Shown: positions 35,654 through 46,321 of the stretch, piece by piece | Layout: the number at the start of each line of letters is the position of its first letter | Numbering within the stretch: position 1 is the stretch's first letter | Assembly (NCBI GenBank): GCA_041665385.1 | Contig: JBAYIX010000001.1 | Span: forward strand, 47,865-111,864 | Direction: 5' to 3' | DNA length: 64,000 nt | From: Minisyncoccota bacterium | Lineage (GTDB): Bacteria; Patescibacteriota; Minisyncoccia; Phycocordibacterales; PALSA-1337 | Made by a program: the position numbers and the translations under genes | The notes under the pieces: generated by a model | What the model was told of the DNA's origin: nothing | Seen by the model: the letters and a program-made list of their open reading frames with translations, nothing else | Databases searched by the model: none

Positions 35654-37264
35654 ATGGACGAGAGTGAACAAAAAAAAGAAAGTGAGGAAAGGGTATATGA
35701 GTTTACCTCAGACCTGAATATTTCCGCAGTCAAAAATACGGATCCGGATGCAGAATCCTTGCCTGTACCGGAAGTACCGATCCCTACGCTAAAAAGTGAA
35801 ATAAAAAAAGAAGTACCAAAACCAGAATATCCAGAAAAAATCGGCGTACCGCAATATGGTAATAGCATAGATGTCCGAAAAGAGGCCCCGACATCTGTTC
35901 CTGAGCAGAAAATATCTCCGCCGGCACATGTGTCTATCACAACACCCAAAGAAGAACCTGTCGCCAAGCGAGAACCAGACAAAGAAAAAGCCATTCGAAC
36001 CCTCGAAGGCGACATTGCCGAATACATGGCGAAAAACAATATTTCTACCGCCACGATGGTAATTGCGGAAAAAGAAAAGAAGGACAAAAAAACCCCACCA
36101 GTGCCTGTAAAACCTGAACCCACAAAACCTGCAGAACCCGAGCCTGAAGACACCACCGTAGATATACCACCCATACCGGAGCAAACCAAACTCAGCGAAA
36201 AACTAAATAAGTTTCGAGAAGAAGAAGCACAGGAACTTGTGGACATAAACAAGGACTCTTTGAACATAGCCGATCTGCAACACGAACAGAGAGTAAAACC
36301 TATTCCAAAACCAGAATCAATCCCGACACCTGTACCTGAGCCTAAAGAGGTACCAGTACCTGTACCCGTACCCGAACCAATACCTAAACCCGAACCAGTG
36401 CCTGAACCTGAACACGTTGAACTGGGACACTTCCAGGCGGCAGATTCTACATGGCAGACGAAAAACACAGACCAGCCAACTGAGAAGGCCATGCCTTCGG
36501 CAATAGAATACACACAGTCGAATCTAGATGAAATGGAGTTACCCAAACAGTCCGGCAAGAAAATCTTTTTTGTCCTATTGAGCATGATATTTGTGTTGGG
36601 TGGAATAATAGTCGCCTACTATCTATATAGTATAAGCGCCTTGGCTGTGAAGGTTCCCGTAAACCTGGAGACTGAACTTGGTACTCCCATCATATCCGTA
36701 GATTCGCGAGCAACCCTGGATGTGAACGGTCTTTCCAATACGGAAATTATTTCGGCCTTGAGACAAGCAGTAAACGTCGGCAGTACACCGAATACTATTC
36801 AGGATATCGTATTAACAGAAAAGATTGCTGACACCCCGACACGTCTAACATCTACAGATATACTGAGAAAGCTGTCCATAACCGTGCCAGATACTCTAGC
36901 CCGATCTTTATCTGGACCCTGGATGGTAGGAACATACACAGATCAGAATGGTGCAAAAGATGTATTTGTGATAGCCAAGCACAGCTTCTTTCAAAATGCA
37001 TTTTCTGGAATGATCTCCTGGGAAAAAACTATGATCAATGACCTCAAAGATTATCTTTTCCAATCACAAGAAGACGTCACTACGCACGGACAGTTCGTAG
37101 ACGGTATAGTGGGGAACAAGGACGTCCGCGCATATATTTCTGAAAAAGGCTCTCTCGTGATCTTGTACTCACTTATTGATAATGAAAAAATCGTATTCGC
37201 TACAAAAGAGAGTACAATAAAAGAAATTATTCAAAGACTTGAAAGACAGGCCTATATAAGATAA
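35654..37264 (+). CDS. Hypothetical membrane protein with Pro/Glu-rich disordered N-terminus
   Basis: PEP/VPVP repeats, IRTLEGDIAE motif, one TM helix, C-terminal globular region. Confidence 0.7.
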   Translation: MDESEQKKESEERVYEFTSDLNISAVKNTDPDAESLPVPEVPIPTLKSEIKKEVPKPEYPEKIGVPQYGNSIDVRKEAPTSVPEQKISPPAHVSITTPKEEPVAKREPDKEKAIRTLEGDIAEYMAKNNISTATMVIAEKEKKDKKTPPVPVKPEPTKPAEPEPEDTTVDIPPIPEQTKLSEKLNKFREEEAQELVDINKDSLNIADLQHEQRVKPIPKPESIPTPVPEPKEVPVPVPVPEPIPKPEPVPEPEHVELGHFQAADSTWQTKNTDQPTEKAMPSAIEYTQSNLDEMELPKQSGKKIFFVLLSMIFVLGGIIVAYYLYSISALAVKVPVNLETELGTPIISVDSRATLDVNGLSNTEIISALRQAVNVGSTPNTIQDIVLTEKIADTPTRLTSTDILRKLSITVPDTLARSLSGPWMVGTYTDQNGAKDVFVIAKHSFFQNAFSGMISWEKTMINDLKDYLFQSQEDVTTHGQFVDGIVGNKDVRAYISEKGSLVILYSLIDNEKIVFATKESTIKEIIQRLERQAYIR

Positions 37265-37273
37265 AATTCCCAC

Positions 37274-37636
37274 ATGACTACACAGGAAATAAAAAAATTT
37301 AAAGAAATGTTACTTGCAGAAAAACAGAGCTTGGAACAGCAATTGACCGGGATAGGAAAAAAAGACTCATCAAGTGCGGGTGGCTGGGATGCCACAACAG
37401 CGAATATCGAGGTGGACGTAGCAGACGAAAATGAACTAGCAGACAAGATGGAAGAATTGGAAGAAAATTCCGAAGTAGCATCGCAACTCGAGAGTCAGCT
37501 CAGTGAAGTAAAGGAAGCTCTTACAAAAATAGAAAGCGGCAATTTTGGCCTATGTGAGATCTGCGGAGAAGAAATAGAAATGGAAAGACTAGAAGCAAAC
37601 CCGAGTGCCAAAGTATCCATAAAGCACGCTCACTAA
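37274..37636 (+). CDS. TraR/DksA family protein
   Basis: Coiled coil, ALTKIESGNFGLCEICGEEIEMERLEANP. Confidence 0.85.
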   Translation: MTTQEIKKFKEMLLAEKQSLEQQLTGIGKKDSSSAGGWDATTANIEVDVADENELADKMEELEENSEVASQLESQLSEVKEALTKIESGNFGLCEICGEEIEMERLEANPSAKVSIKHAH

Positions 37637-37638
37637 CA

Positions 37639-39177
37639 TTATTTATCTGGTGTCTTTTCTCTGTATTGAAGCGCCTCCAATATATGATTTTTATTTATTA
37701 ATGAACATTGTCCTAAGTCCGCTATTGTCTGTGCAACCTTTATAATTCGATGAAAGGCTCTTCCAGAGAATTCAAATCGCTGTGCTGAAATTTTGAGGAG
37801 AGTTCTGGCTTCCGCTTCCATCATTACGCATTTTTCTATGTCCAGGGCACTCATTTCGCTATTATAGCTTTTGGGTATATTTGCGGCGGCAAAGCGCTCC
37901 ACACATAGAGAACGTGCCGCTATGACCCGCCCACGTACAACGTCTGAAGATTCATTATCAATACTCGACAGAGCGAGGGTCTCATAATCTATCTTGTTCA
38001 CATTTATCCAAAGGTCTATTCTGTCTAATATCGGACCAGATATTTTGCGCCGATAGTTCGATATCATAACTTCGGTACAGGTACAACCTCGGTCTTTGCC
38101 CTTGCCACATGGACATGGGTTCATAGAAGCGATAAATATACACTGAGCAGGAAATGTGACGACGCCCCGAGCTCGAGAAATCGTGATCATACGGTCTTCC
38201 AAGGGCTGTCGAAGTGCTTCTATAACCTCACGTTCAAACTCCGGAAATTCGTCCAAGAATAGTACACCACGGTGAGCGAGCGTGACTTCTCCAGGTTTTG
38301 GAAATGCCCCTCCGCCAACTATGGAAGGGTAAGAGGCCGTGTGATGCGGTGCCCGAAAAGGAGGATCTGCTATAAGGCCGGCTTCCAGAATACGCGCCGC
38401 ACTGTGTATGCCAGTGACTTCTACCGACTGCTCGTATGTGAGTGGTGGCAAAAGAGAACAAAAGCTGTTGGCAAGCATGGTTTTTCCCGTTCCGGGAGGG
38501 CCACACATGAGCAGATTGTGTGCGCCTGCTGCGGCTATTTCCAAACCTCTTTTGCCAACTTCATTGCCACGAATCACACCTATATCCGTCCAAGCCTGCT
38601 TCCGAGAGTGTTTTGCTCGGTCAACATCCGAATAAGATTGGAGTGGTTTCATGTCATTTTCTCCTGATAGAATAGCTATAATCTCGGTGAGAGAGGATAC
38701 CGGATATATGTCGATACCTCTGGCCAAACAAGCTTCAGGAGTGTTTTCCTTCGGTATGTATACGCTTTTGAAACCCTGATCAGCCGCTTGGCACAAAATG
38801 GGTAGAAGGCCTGACATACGTCGCACATTACCCTCGAGAGAGAGCTCGCCCAGAAAGAGTGCTCCTTCCGGATCGAATACTATTTCCTCTGCAGCAGAGA
38901 GATATGCGAGAGCCATGGCGAGGTCAAAAGCTGAGCCTTCTTTCCTGGCATCGGCAGGAGCGAGAGATATCACAACTTTTTGATTTTTTTGTTTTGGCGA
39001 CTGGTAACCGCTGTTTTTTATTGCAGCTGAGATGCGGTCTTTTGCTTCTGAAACAGAACGATCACCCAACCCGACAACAGAAAAATTATTCAGACCATTT
39101 GCTATATCCACCTCCACAGTAACAATTTCGGAACGAAGACCCACGAGCTGGGCACTATATGATTTTGATATTCCCAT
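37639..39177 (-). CDS. comM: ComM/YifB Mg-chelatase-like AAA+ ATPase
   Basis: LAPADARKEG, GPPGTGKT, PFRAPHH, LAHRGVLFLDE, MNPCPCG. Confidence 0.92.
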   Translation of the reverse strand: MGISKSYSAQLVGLRSEIVTVEVDIANGLNNFSVVGLGDRSVSEAKDRISAAIKNSGYQSPKQKNQKVVISLAPADARKEGSAFDLAMALAYLSAAEEIVFDPEGALFLGELSLEGNVRRMSGLLPILCQAADQGFKSVYIPKENTPEACLARGIDIYPVSSLTEIIAILSGENDMKPLQSYSDVDRAKHSRKQAWTDIGVIRGNEVGKRGLEIAAAGAHNLLMCGPPGTGKTMLANSFCSLLPPLTYEQSVEVTGIHSAARILEAGLIADPPFRAPHHTASYPSIVGGGAFPKPGEVTLAHRGVLFLDEFPEFEREVIEALRQPLEDRMITISRARGVVTFPAQCIFIASMNPCPCGKGKDRGCTCTEVMISNYRRKISGPILDRIDLWINVNKIDYETLALSSIDNESSDVVRGRVIAARSLCVERFAAANIPKSYNSEMSALDIEKCVMMEAEARTLLKISAQRFEFSGRAFHRIIKVAQTIADLGQCSLINKNHILEALQYREKTPDK

Positions 39178-39271
39178 GAGGGAATAGTATCAATACAAAA
39201 TGAAATTCCAATGAATATTCAGTAAAGAAACGATAAAATTCAGATCAAAAAACGATAAAAAGGGAAATGTA

Positions 39272-40360
39272 TTAGAAAGGATTTTTGGCTCCACGAATCT
39301 CGAAATGAACGTGCGGGCCGGTCGTGAGTCCCGTCATGCCGATATAACCGATAAGCTCTCCTTGTTTGACAGTGTCTCCGGCTGCGACGACCAGGTTGGT
39401 CTGCATATGGGCATACAAAGACTGGGTCCCATTGGGATGCGATACCACTACAAAGTTTCCGTACCCTCCATTCCATCCGCCATTGATGCGACTGATGATA
39501 ACTGTTCCTGCAGCGGAGGCCCGTATCGGCGTGCCTACGGCAGCTGCAAAGTCCACACCGTTGTGTCCGTGCAATCCCTGGCTGACACGTCCGACACTGA
39601 GAGGACTAATATAGTATCCAGCATATGTGGGCAATTTTGTAACATTATCCAAAAGTTTGCCTGTCACGGTACCCTTTTTCGACGATGCGGCGACATTTTG
39701 AGGAGCACCCAACTCTGCATTTGGAATGATAATGTTTTGTCCGATAGTTATGGTAGATACAGAAAGATCGTTATAAGCGACAATATCATCCTCATCTGCT
39801 CCGTATTTCTTTGCTATTTCCGATATAGTATCTCCTCTCTTTACTATGTACATGATTCCCGAAACAGGAAGAATCACGAGGGTTTGACCGGCTTTCAGAG
39901 TAGACTTACTGGTGAGATCGTTCGCCCACAATATCGTGTTTATGGACACATGGAACATTTTGGCAATTTCTGAAACAGTGTCTCCCTCCCGGACAATATA
40001 GGTATTGATCTCCGTACTCGTCTGGTCGGATTCATTACTATTGTTCATAGCTATATCAGGAATGAGGGTATTGTTGGCTATCGGTGCCATATTTGCCGGC
40101 TTATTGGGGTTTGGGTCAAAGTTTGTTGCGGCCTGCAGCAAAACCATTGTTTGAGCATTGGAATCATTCAGAGGAGACACGATCTTGGCAGAAGCAGTGG
40201 TTCCTTCGATGATGGGTGCAAGAAAAGAAAAGAGACCTGCATAGGCGGTCCCAAAAGAAAGAAGAAGAGAAGTTATTATAATAGCAAAAATAGCAGTCCA
40301 GGAATTTGTATGCCTTGAAACAGCCTGTATTGAGTTGTGAGATTTATTTAGAAATTTCAT
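39272..40360 (-). CDS. LysM-domain M23 family peptidase
   Basis: Two LysM repeats (YIVREGDTV, YIVKRGDTI); HNGVD, YAHM, TGPHVHFE. Confidence 0.92.
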   Translation of the reverse strand: MKFLNKSHNSIQAVSRHTNSWTAIFAIIITSLLLSFGTAYAGLFSFLAPIIEGTTASAKIVSPLNDSNAQTMVLLQAATNFDPNPNKPANMAPIANNTLIPDIAMNNSNESDQTSTEINTYIVREGDTVSEIAKMFHVSINTILWANDLTSKSTLKAGQTLVILPVSGIMYIVKRGDTISEIAKKYGADEDDIVAYNDLSVSTITIGQNIIIPNAELGAPQNVAASSKKGTVTGKLLDNVTKLPTYAGYYISPLSVGRVSQGLHGHNGVDFAAAVGTPIRASAAGTVIISRINGGWNGGYGNFVVVSHPNGTQSLYAHMQTNLVVAAGDTVKQGELIGYIGMTGLTTGPHVHFEIRGAKNPF

Positions 40361-40552
40361 AACGAAATTTTCCTTTCGGCAATACTTACCATATAGTTTT
40401 TTCTTCCTTGCTGTACGATACTCTGCCCAATAAATGGCCGAGATAAGCCATTTTGTAGACTGTGGTTTCGAGTTATCTACTCCAGGGTATCAGGCGCCAG
40501 GTTATTGTCAACAAAGTTGTGCACAGGTTATAAACACTGCTAAGATACGAGG

Positions 40553-42526
40553 ATGTCTCTAAATTCCGAACAAGATCGAGCTGTACAAACTACCGATGGG
40601 CCGGTCCTCATCATCGCTGGGGCTGGGGCTGGTAAAACGCGAGTCATCACACATAGAATATTGAATCTGATAAGAAAAGGTGTGACTCCGCACAATATTC
40701 TTGCCATTACTTTTACGAACAAAGCGGCAAAAGAAATGAAAGAACGTGTCGAGTCATTATTGGAAGATGACAAAGATCTGAATCTACCTATTTCTATGCA
40801 AGAAAGACCGTTTGTGAGTACCTTCCATGCACTGGGAGTGCATATACTCCGAGAAAACTCCCGACTTATCGGTCGGACACGACATTTCACGATATATGAC
40901 AGGTCAGATTCCAAACGTGCGGTGAAAGAAGCTATGGAAAGATCATCAGTAGACCCGAAAAAGTTCGACCCAGGATCAATATTAAATAAAATCTCGCTAG
41001 CAAAAGGCGAGGGTATCACAAGATTGGTCTATTTGGACCACACAAAAGATGCTTATGAAGAAATGATAGCCCAGATCTGGGAAAACTATGAAAATATTAT
41101 GGAAAAAGACAAAGCTCTAGACTTCGATGACCTCCTCTTGAAAACTGCATACCTGCTAGAGAACAATGTCGACGTTCGGAGGCATTACAATACTATTTGG
41201 AAATATATTCATATAGATGAATACCAAGACACAAATAGGGTACAGTACAAAATAGCAAAATACCTAACAGGAGAGGAACATCACATATGTGTCGTGGGTG
41301 ATGCCGACCAAAACATCTACAGCTGGAGAGGTGCAACCATAGAAAATATCTTGAACTTTGAAAAAGACTATCCAGAAGCGACCGTGATAGTACTCGAAAA
41401 AAACTATCGATCAACGAAAACCATACTGGATGCGGCAAATATGATCATTGAGAAGAACATTCATCGCAAGAAAAAGAAGCTATATACCGATAGTGGCATG
41501 GGGGAAAAGATATCACTCATAGTTTCATACACAGAAAACGATGAAGCAAGATCTATTGCAGATACGGCTAGAGACCTCATAACAAAAGGCGTAGCGCCGC
41601 GGGACATGGCCGTACTTTACCGGGCAAACTTCCAGTCCCGAGTATTGGAAGAAGCATTCATAAAGAAAAATGTGCCATACCAACTCCTTGGAACTCGCTT
41701 TTTCGAAAGAAAGGAAATAAAAGACGTGCTCTCCTATGTGAGGGCGGCAATGAACCACAAAGAGGGGCAAGAAGGGGATGAAAGTTGGGGTGATATTGCC
41801 AGGATCATAAACGTACCCGCTCGCGGTATAGGTAAAGTCACACTTGCAAAGATATTGTCGGGGAGGTTGGACCTCCTGCCGGACGGAATAAGGGTGAAAA
41901 TCAACAACTTTTTCCATCTACTATCTGATATACGAAAAGAGATCATGGAAAAGAAACCTTCCGAAGCTATACGCTTCATCATCCGAGAGACAGGTATAGA
42001 AAACCAACTCAGGAAAGGGGACAGCGAAGACGAAGAGCGTCTACTCAACATTCAGGAACTTGTTTCTGTGGCCGCACAATATGACACAGAGACAGAAAAA
42101 ACTATCGACTCCGAACAAATTTCCGGCATAGAGAAAATGTTGGAAAATGCCGCCCTAGCGACAGATCAGGATGAACTAGAGAAAAATTCTGATGCAGTGA
42201 AGCTCATGACTGTGCACTCTTCCAAAGGATTGGAATTCGATACTGTATTCATCGCCGGACTGGAACAAGAACTTTTCCCATTTCAGCACATGGACGAAAA
42301 CAACTTGAGCGAAACAGAGAGTGAAGAAGAGCGTAGACTCTTCTATGTCGCCCTCACTAGAGCAAAAAAGAAAGTTTATCTGAGTTATACTATCATCCGT
42401 ACGATATATGGCTCCCAGAAAGTAAACACTCCTTCAGAATTTATTGAGGATATAGCTGCCGAACTCATAGAGTCTGCTGTTCCGGAAAAGCCGAGCGGGG
42501 CAAAAGCATTATTCATAGATTTTTAA
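40553..42526 (+). CDS. pcrA: ATP-dependent DNA helicase PcrA/UvrD
   Basis: AGAGAGKT, TFTNKAA, DEYQDTN, VGDADQNIY, NYRS, KGLEF, EERRLFYVALTRA. Confidence 0.95.
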   Translation: MSLNSEQDRAVQTTDGPVLIIAGAGAGKTRVITHRILNLIRKGVTPHNILAITFTNKAAKEMKERVESLLEDDKDLNLPISMQERPFVSTFHALGVHILRENSRLIGRTRHFTIYDRSDSKRAVKEAMERSSVDPKKFDPGSILNKISLAKGEGITRLVYLDHTKDAYEEMIAQIWENYENIMEKDKALDFDDLLLKTAYLLENNVDVRRHYNTIWKYIHIDEYQDTNRVQYKIAKYLTGEEHHICVVGDADQNIYSWRGATIENILNFEKDYPEATVIVLEKNYRSTKTILDAANMIIEKNIHRKKKKLYTDSGMGEKISLIVSYTENDEARSIADTARDLITKGVAPRDMAVLYRANFQSRVLEEAFIKKNVPYQLLGTRFFERKEIKDVLSYVRAAMNHKEGQEGDESWGDIARIINVPARGIGKVTLAKILSGRLDLLPDGIRVKINNFFHLLSDIRKEIMEKKPSEAIRFIIRETGIENQLRKGDSEDEERLLNIQELVSVAAQYDTETEKTIDSEQISGIEKMLENAALATDQDELEKNSDAVKLMTVHSSKGLEFDTVFIAGLEQELFPFQHMDENNLSETESEEERRLFYVALTRAKKKVYLSYTIIRTIYGSQKVNTPSEFIEDIAAELIESAVPEKPSGAKALFIDF

Positions 42527-42527
42527 C

Positions 42528-43346
42528 ATGTCTTTATTCGCAAAAAAGTCTCTCGGTCAGCATTTTTTGAAGTCCACTCATGTTTTGGAGCAAATCATAC
42601 ATGCATCCGAGATAAAACCCGGTGAAACTATCCTAGAAATCGGTCCGGGTACCGGAGTATTGACCGATGCTTTGCTCAGTGCAGGAGCAAAAGTAGTCGC
42701 AGTTGAAAAGGACCAGAGAGCGCTGGAAGTATTGCATAATAAGAATGCCGAGAATATTTCACTCGGTAAAACCTGTTTTAGACTCATTGATGCTGATATT
42801 TTGGAGGTAAATCCTAATGATCTGGGACTAGAACAGTACAAATACGCCATTGTAGCCAATATCCCTTATTATATTACTGGCGCTATTTTGGAAAAATTCC
42901 TAGAAAATGAACCCCGACCTAGCCGAATGGTCCTTTTGGTACAAAGAGAAGTAGCGGAACGTATATTGGCAAGGCCTGAAAATGGTGAAAAACAAGGCAA
43001 GGAAAGCATACTTTCCATATCCATTAAAGCTTTTGGCGTACCGAAGATAGTTGCGAAGGTACCTCCGGGAGCCTTTGTACCTCCACCTACAGTAGATTCA
43101 GCTATTTTAGCTATTTCTGACATATCTGATAGACGTTTTACAAACAAAAATGTAGATATAAAGCACTTTTTCCGCATCGTACGAGCCGGATTTGCCCATA
43201 AGCGCAAATATTTGGTCAGAAACCTGGAAAGTGTGATAAAATCTGAGGAAATATTGGCTATTTGGAGAAAAAACAGCCTAGACACGAAGGTTAGGGCAGA
43301 GGATCTGCCTCTGGATATGTGGTTTTCTATAGCTTCAGGACAATAA
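42528..43346 (+). CDS. rsmA: 16S rRNA dimethyladenosine transferase
   Basis: KKSLGQHFL, LEIGPGTG, ANIPYYIT, PPPTVDS. Confidence 0.95.
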   Translation: MSLFAKKSLGQHFLKSTHVLEQIIHASEIKPGETILEIGPGTGVLTDALLSAGAKVVAVEKDQRALEVLHNKNAENISLGKTCFRLIDADILEVNPNDLGLEQYKYAIVANIPYYITGAILEKFLENEPRPSRMVLLVQREVAERILARPENGEKQGKESILSISIKAFGVPKIVAKVPPGAFVPPPTVDSAILAISDISDRRFTNKNVDIKHFFRIVRAGFAHKRKYLVRNLESVIKSEEILAIWRKNSLDTKVRAEDLPLDMWFSIASGQ

Positions 43347-43350
43347 AGGC

Positions 43351-43683
43351 CTAAATACTACTACCGTGGAACACGATAGGGTATCCGCTCCCATATGTCA
43401 CATTTCCTAACATGCATGTCAAAGGCACAGGTAAATATTCTCCGAGTAGCCATTGACCAATATGGGGGACGACATACATTGCGTATGGTAAATTGCCATA
43501 TTGCCACATAAAGAAACCTGGTCCTTTGAAAGGTAAAGGTTGCATAACTGTTAGCAAAAGCCCATGATTGCATGGCTGTGAAAAAATGATATAACCCCCA
43601 AATGGTAGACCAGCCGCCAGAGCAAGATAAGGTAAAGAAATAATCATGAGAAGAACCAAGCAAGCTGTATGAGTTTTGTGCAT
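43351..43683 (-). CDS. Small hypothetical secreted protein
   Basis: Signal-like N-terminus, then LPFGG; fills the gap between flanking genes. Confidence 0.55.
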   Translation of the reverse strand: MHKTHTACLVLLMIISLPYLALAAGLPFGGYIIFSQPCNHGLLLTVMQPLPFKGPGFFMWQYGNLPYAMYVVPHIGQWLLGEYLPVPLTCMLGNVTYGSGYPIVFHGSSI

Positions 43684-43768
43684 GTGAAAATTATATCATA
43701 TAAAAAAAGTCTACTATCCCCACAAATACACGAATTAACATAGATTTCTTGCTATAATTCTCTCTAGT

Positions 43769-44638
43769 ATGGCAAAGAACTACCCGCGTTTACAAACGGT
43801 TATTATTTTCGTAATATGCGCCACTGCTGTCGTGATTTTCGGCATGTATGTCTATGGTAAAAGATCTCAAAATTCAAACCCAAATACCGCACAAATCATA
43901 AAAGTGCAGGGGAACAAGGAAAGTACGTCGGAAAAGATCGCAGACACAAACTGGCAAAAGCAATTCTTCTCCGGAGATGCAAAAGATACGATCAAGCTAA
44001 ACCAGTCTGCGAAAGTTGCCGTAAAAGAAAACAAGCAACCGACTCTTACAGATCAGATCGGACAAGATTTCTTTTCGCAGTTTTGGCAAATACACCAGTC
44101 TGGCTTGGAAGGGGATGAAAAAGTAATGAACAGTTTTTCGGAACGCTTTGCGAGCCAAGTCGCAGCTGCGGCAGTACCGGAACTATATTCAAGTTCAGAC
44201 ATACAGATCTCAAATGAGACGAGTGAAAGTGCGACTGTAACATACGTCAAGAAAATATTGGAAATACTGAAGAAACTCCCTGCATCCGATGCCGCCATCA
44301 TTGCAAACAATGCACTGAAAGAAGGCGGCTCGGCTTCGCTATCACAGATCGACCCTATAATCACCAGTTACAGATCTACCTTGAAAAGTTTAAGAACAAT
44401 ACCTGTGCCTCTGACTTTTTCTTCCCCGCACCTGAACCTAGTAAACGCTGTCAGCGCCATGCTATTCAATGCAGAATCTTTGCGCAAAGTGGACGTCGAC
44501 CCGGTAAAGGGGTTGGCGGCAGTGAGCATATATATCCAAGGGTTACAGTCTCTTTCTGACGCTTTGGGTGATGTTGAAAAAGGATTTGCAGCCGCTGGAA
44601 TAGTATTTACAAATGCAAATCCCGCCGGCCGAAACTAA
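43769..44638 (+). CDS. Hypothetical membrane-anchored protein
   Basis: N-terminal TM helix; first gene of the co-oriented cluster. Confidence 0.7.
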   Translation: MAKNYPRLQTVIIFVICATAVVIFGMYVYGKRSQNSNPNTAQIIKVQGNKESTSEKIADTNWQKQFFSGDAKDTIKLNQSAKVAVKENKQPTLTDQIGQDFFSQFWQIHQSGLEGDEKVMNSFSERFASQVAAAAVPELYSSSDIQISNETSESATVTYVKKILEILKKLPASDAAIIANNALKEGGSASLSQIDPIITSYRSTLKSLRTIPVPLTFSSPHLNLVNAVSAMLFNAESLRKVDVDPVKGLAAVSIYIQGLQSLSDALGDVEKGFAAAGIVFTNANPAGRN

Positions 44639-44642
44639 ACAT

Positions 44643-46316
44643 ATGTCTTCTTTCTTTAAAAAAATCACAACAGCTACTCTAACAATAATTTTGGTTTTTA
44701 GTATTACCATTACTTCGGTCAACGCCCAAGTCATATATGTTCCTACGAACGATATGGGACCATTTGCTATCAAACGCACTACCGACACGACGATGTTGCA
44801 AGTAAAAAACTACGTATTGGACGGACTAGCTTGGTCTGTGGCAAAGATCATGTTGCAACAAGTCACGGCGAGCGTGGTGAACTGGATCAATAGTGGCTTT
44901 GAAGGAAGCCCTGCGTTCCTCACAAATCCTGGAGCATTCTTCGCAGACACCGCGGACCAGATCACGGGGGCATTCATAGCAAATACTGGCGTGCTTTCCA
45001 GGCTCTGTTCACCCTTCAGCATAGATATCCGTCTCGGCCTAGCACTCTCAGGAGGAGGATCGGACTACAGACGCTATGAATGTACTCTGAGCACAGTTAT
45101 AAACAATGCCAAAAAGTCTACTGTAAATGTAAATGGCAATGTGACAGTAAACGGAAGTTCGGTCATCAATGAAAATGTATCGGCGAGCGGAGACGGGGCA
45201 AGTATAGACGGATTTATGAACGGAGATTTCAACCAAGGCGGCTGGCCGGCATTCATGGCTATGACCACACAGCCACAAAACAATATTTATGGAGCATATC
45301 TCCAGGCCAAGAGTGACCTCGACTACCAGATCGCTACGAAGCAAAACAATATTCGCCTCGACCTCCAAATGGGTAGGGGATTCATGTCATGGCAAAAATG
45401 TACGGACGTGAATATAGACGAGGCGGCAATGTTTTCTAACAATAGCAAAGATGCGGGACTGACCCAAAAAGTAGGCAAGGACGGCAAGGTAAAATATCAG
45501 GATTGTCAGACACAAACACCCGGATCCGTAATAGCAGGCTCCATAGACAAGTCTCTCGGTATTCCTCAGGACACACTCAATATCGCGGGATCTCTGGACC
45601 AAATAGTCGGTGCGCTCTTTTCTCAGCTAGTCTCAAAAGTACTATCTGGTGGCTTGCACGCATCTAGCAACTACAGCTCACAGGGCAGTGCTACCGCAGG
45701 AGTAGCAACACAGCTCCTCCAGCAACAAACAGGCGACCAACTCTCTGATTCCAGAAACAGACTGCAGAGTTCATTGACCTCATACTCTGGTACAGCACTG
45801 CAATACTCCGACCTACGCCAAAAAGCCGTGGACTCACTCAATACGGCAAAGTTGACATACCAAACAGCCATAGCTTGCTTCCAAGGCAAACTGCCTACAG
45901 GATCCATTTCAACCGGTACACAGGATGCCGACTACATGTTCCTGCAAAGTCAGATCTCAAATGCAAATGCGGCAATAGCAAAGGTGGATATAGCCATAGC
46001 ACAATACACTGCAAAAGTTGCTGAAGCGTATTCCAGGACAGAAAGGATCCGCGATCTACAGAAGCAGATAGCAAATGCCATGACAACAGATGAGATCAAC
46101 AAAGCATCCTCAGACTATAACACTGCTATACAGAGTGGTCTCGGTGGAGAGCTTATATCTGAAACAGATATTGCAAATGCGACTACAGATCTGGAGGCGG
46201 CAAAGTCCCAAGCTAGTCTCTTTACCCAAAATGCCATGCAGTTCCAGTCTGCTTGCAACTCATTCCGTCCAGGTACAGCGGGGCAGACGGGGTCAGGATT
46301 CCGTACAGGATTATAA
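44643..46316 (+). CDS. Hypothetical secreted protein of the T4SS-like cluster
   Basis: Signal peptide, VNWINSGFEGSPAF, LCSPF, GGW and TPGS motifs, helical C-terminus. Confidence 0.7.
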   Translation: MSSFFKKITTATLTIILVFSITITSVNAQVIYVPTNDMGPFAIKRTTDTTMLQVKNYVLDGLAWSVAKIMLQQVTASVVNWINSGFEGSPAFLTNPGAFFADTADQITGAFIANTGVLSRLCSPFSIDIRLGLALSGGGSDYRRYECTLSTVINNAKKSTVNVNGNVTVNGSSVINENVSASGDGASIDGFMNGDFNQGGWPAFMAMTTQPQNNIYGAYLQAKSDLDYQIATKQNNIRLDLQMGRGFMSWQKCTDVNIDEAAMFSNNSKDAGLTQKVGKDGKVKYQDCQTQTPGSVIAGSIDKSLGIPQDTLNIAGSLDQIVGALFSQLVSKVLSGGLHASSNYSSQGSATAGVATQLLQQQTGDQLSDSRNRLQSSLTSYSGTALQYSDLRQKAVDSLNTAKLTYQTAIACFQGKLPTGSISTGTQDADYMFLQSQISNANAAIAKVDIAIAQYTAKVAEAYSRTERIRDLQKQIANAMTTDEINKASSDYNTAIQSGLGGELISETDIANATTDLEAAKSQASLFTQNAMQFQSACNSFRPGTAGQTGSGFRTGL

Positions 46317-46321
46317 AAAAC

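Noticed and set aside
36290-36420. Pro/Glu/Val repeats as a second phase-variable tract
   Set aside because: These are degenerate in-frame codon repeats of a low-complexity linker, not a perfect SSR.
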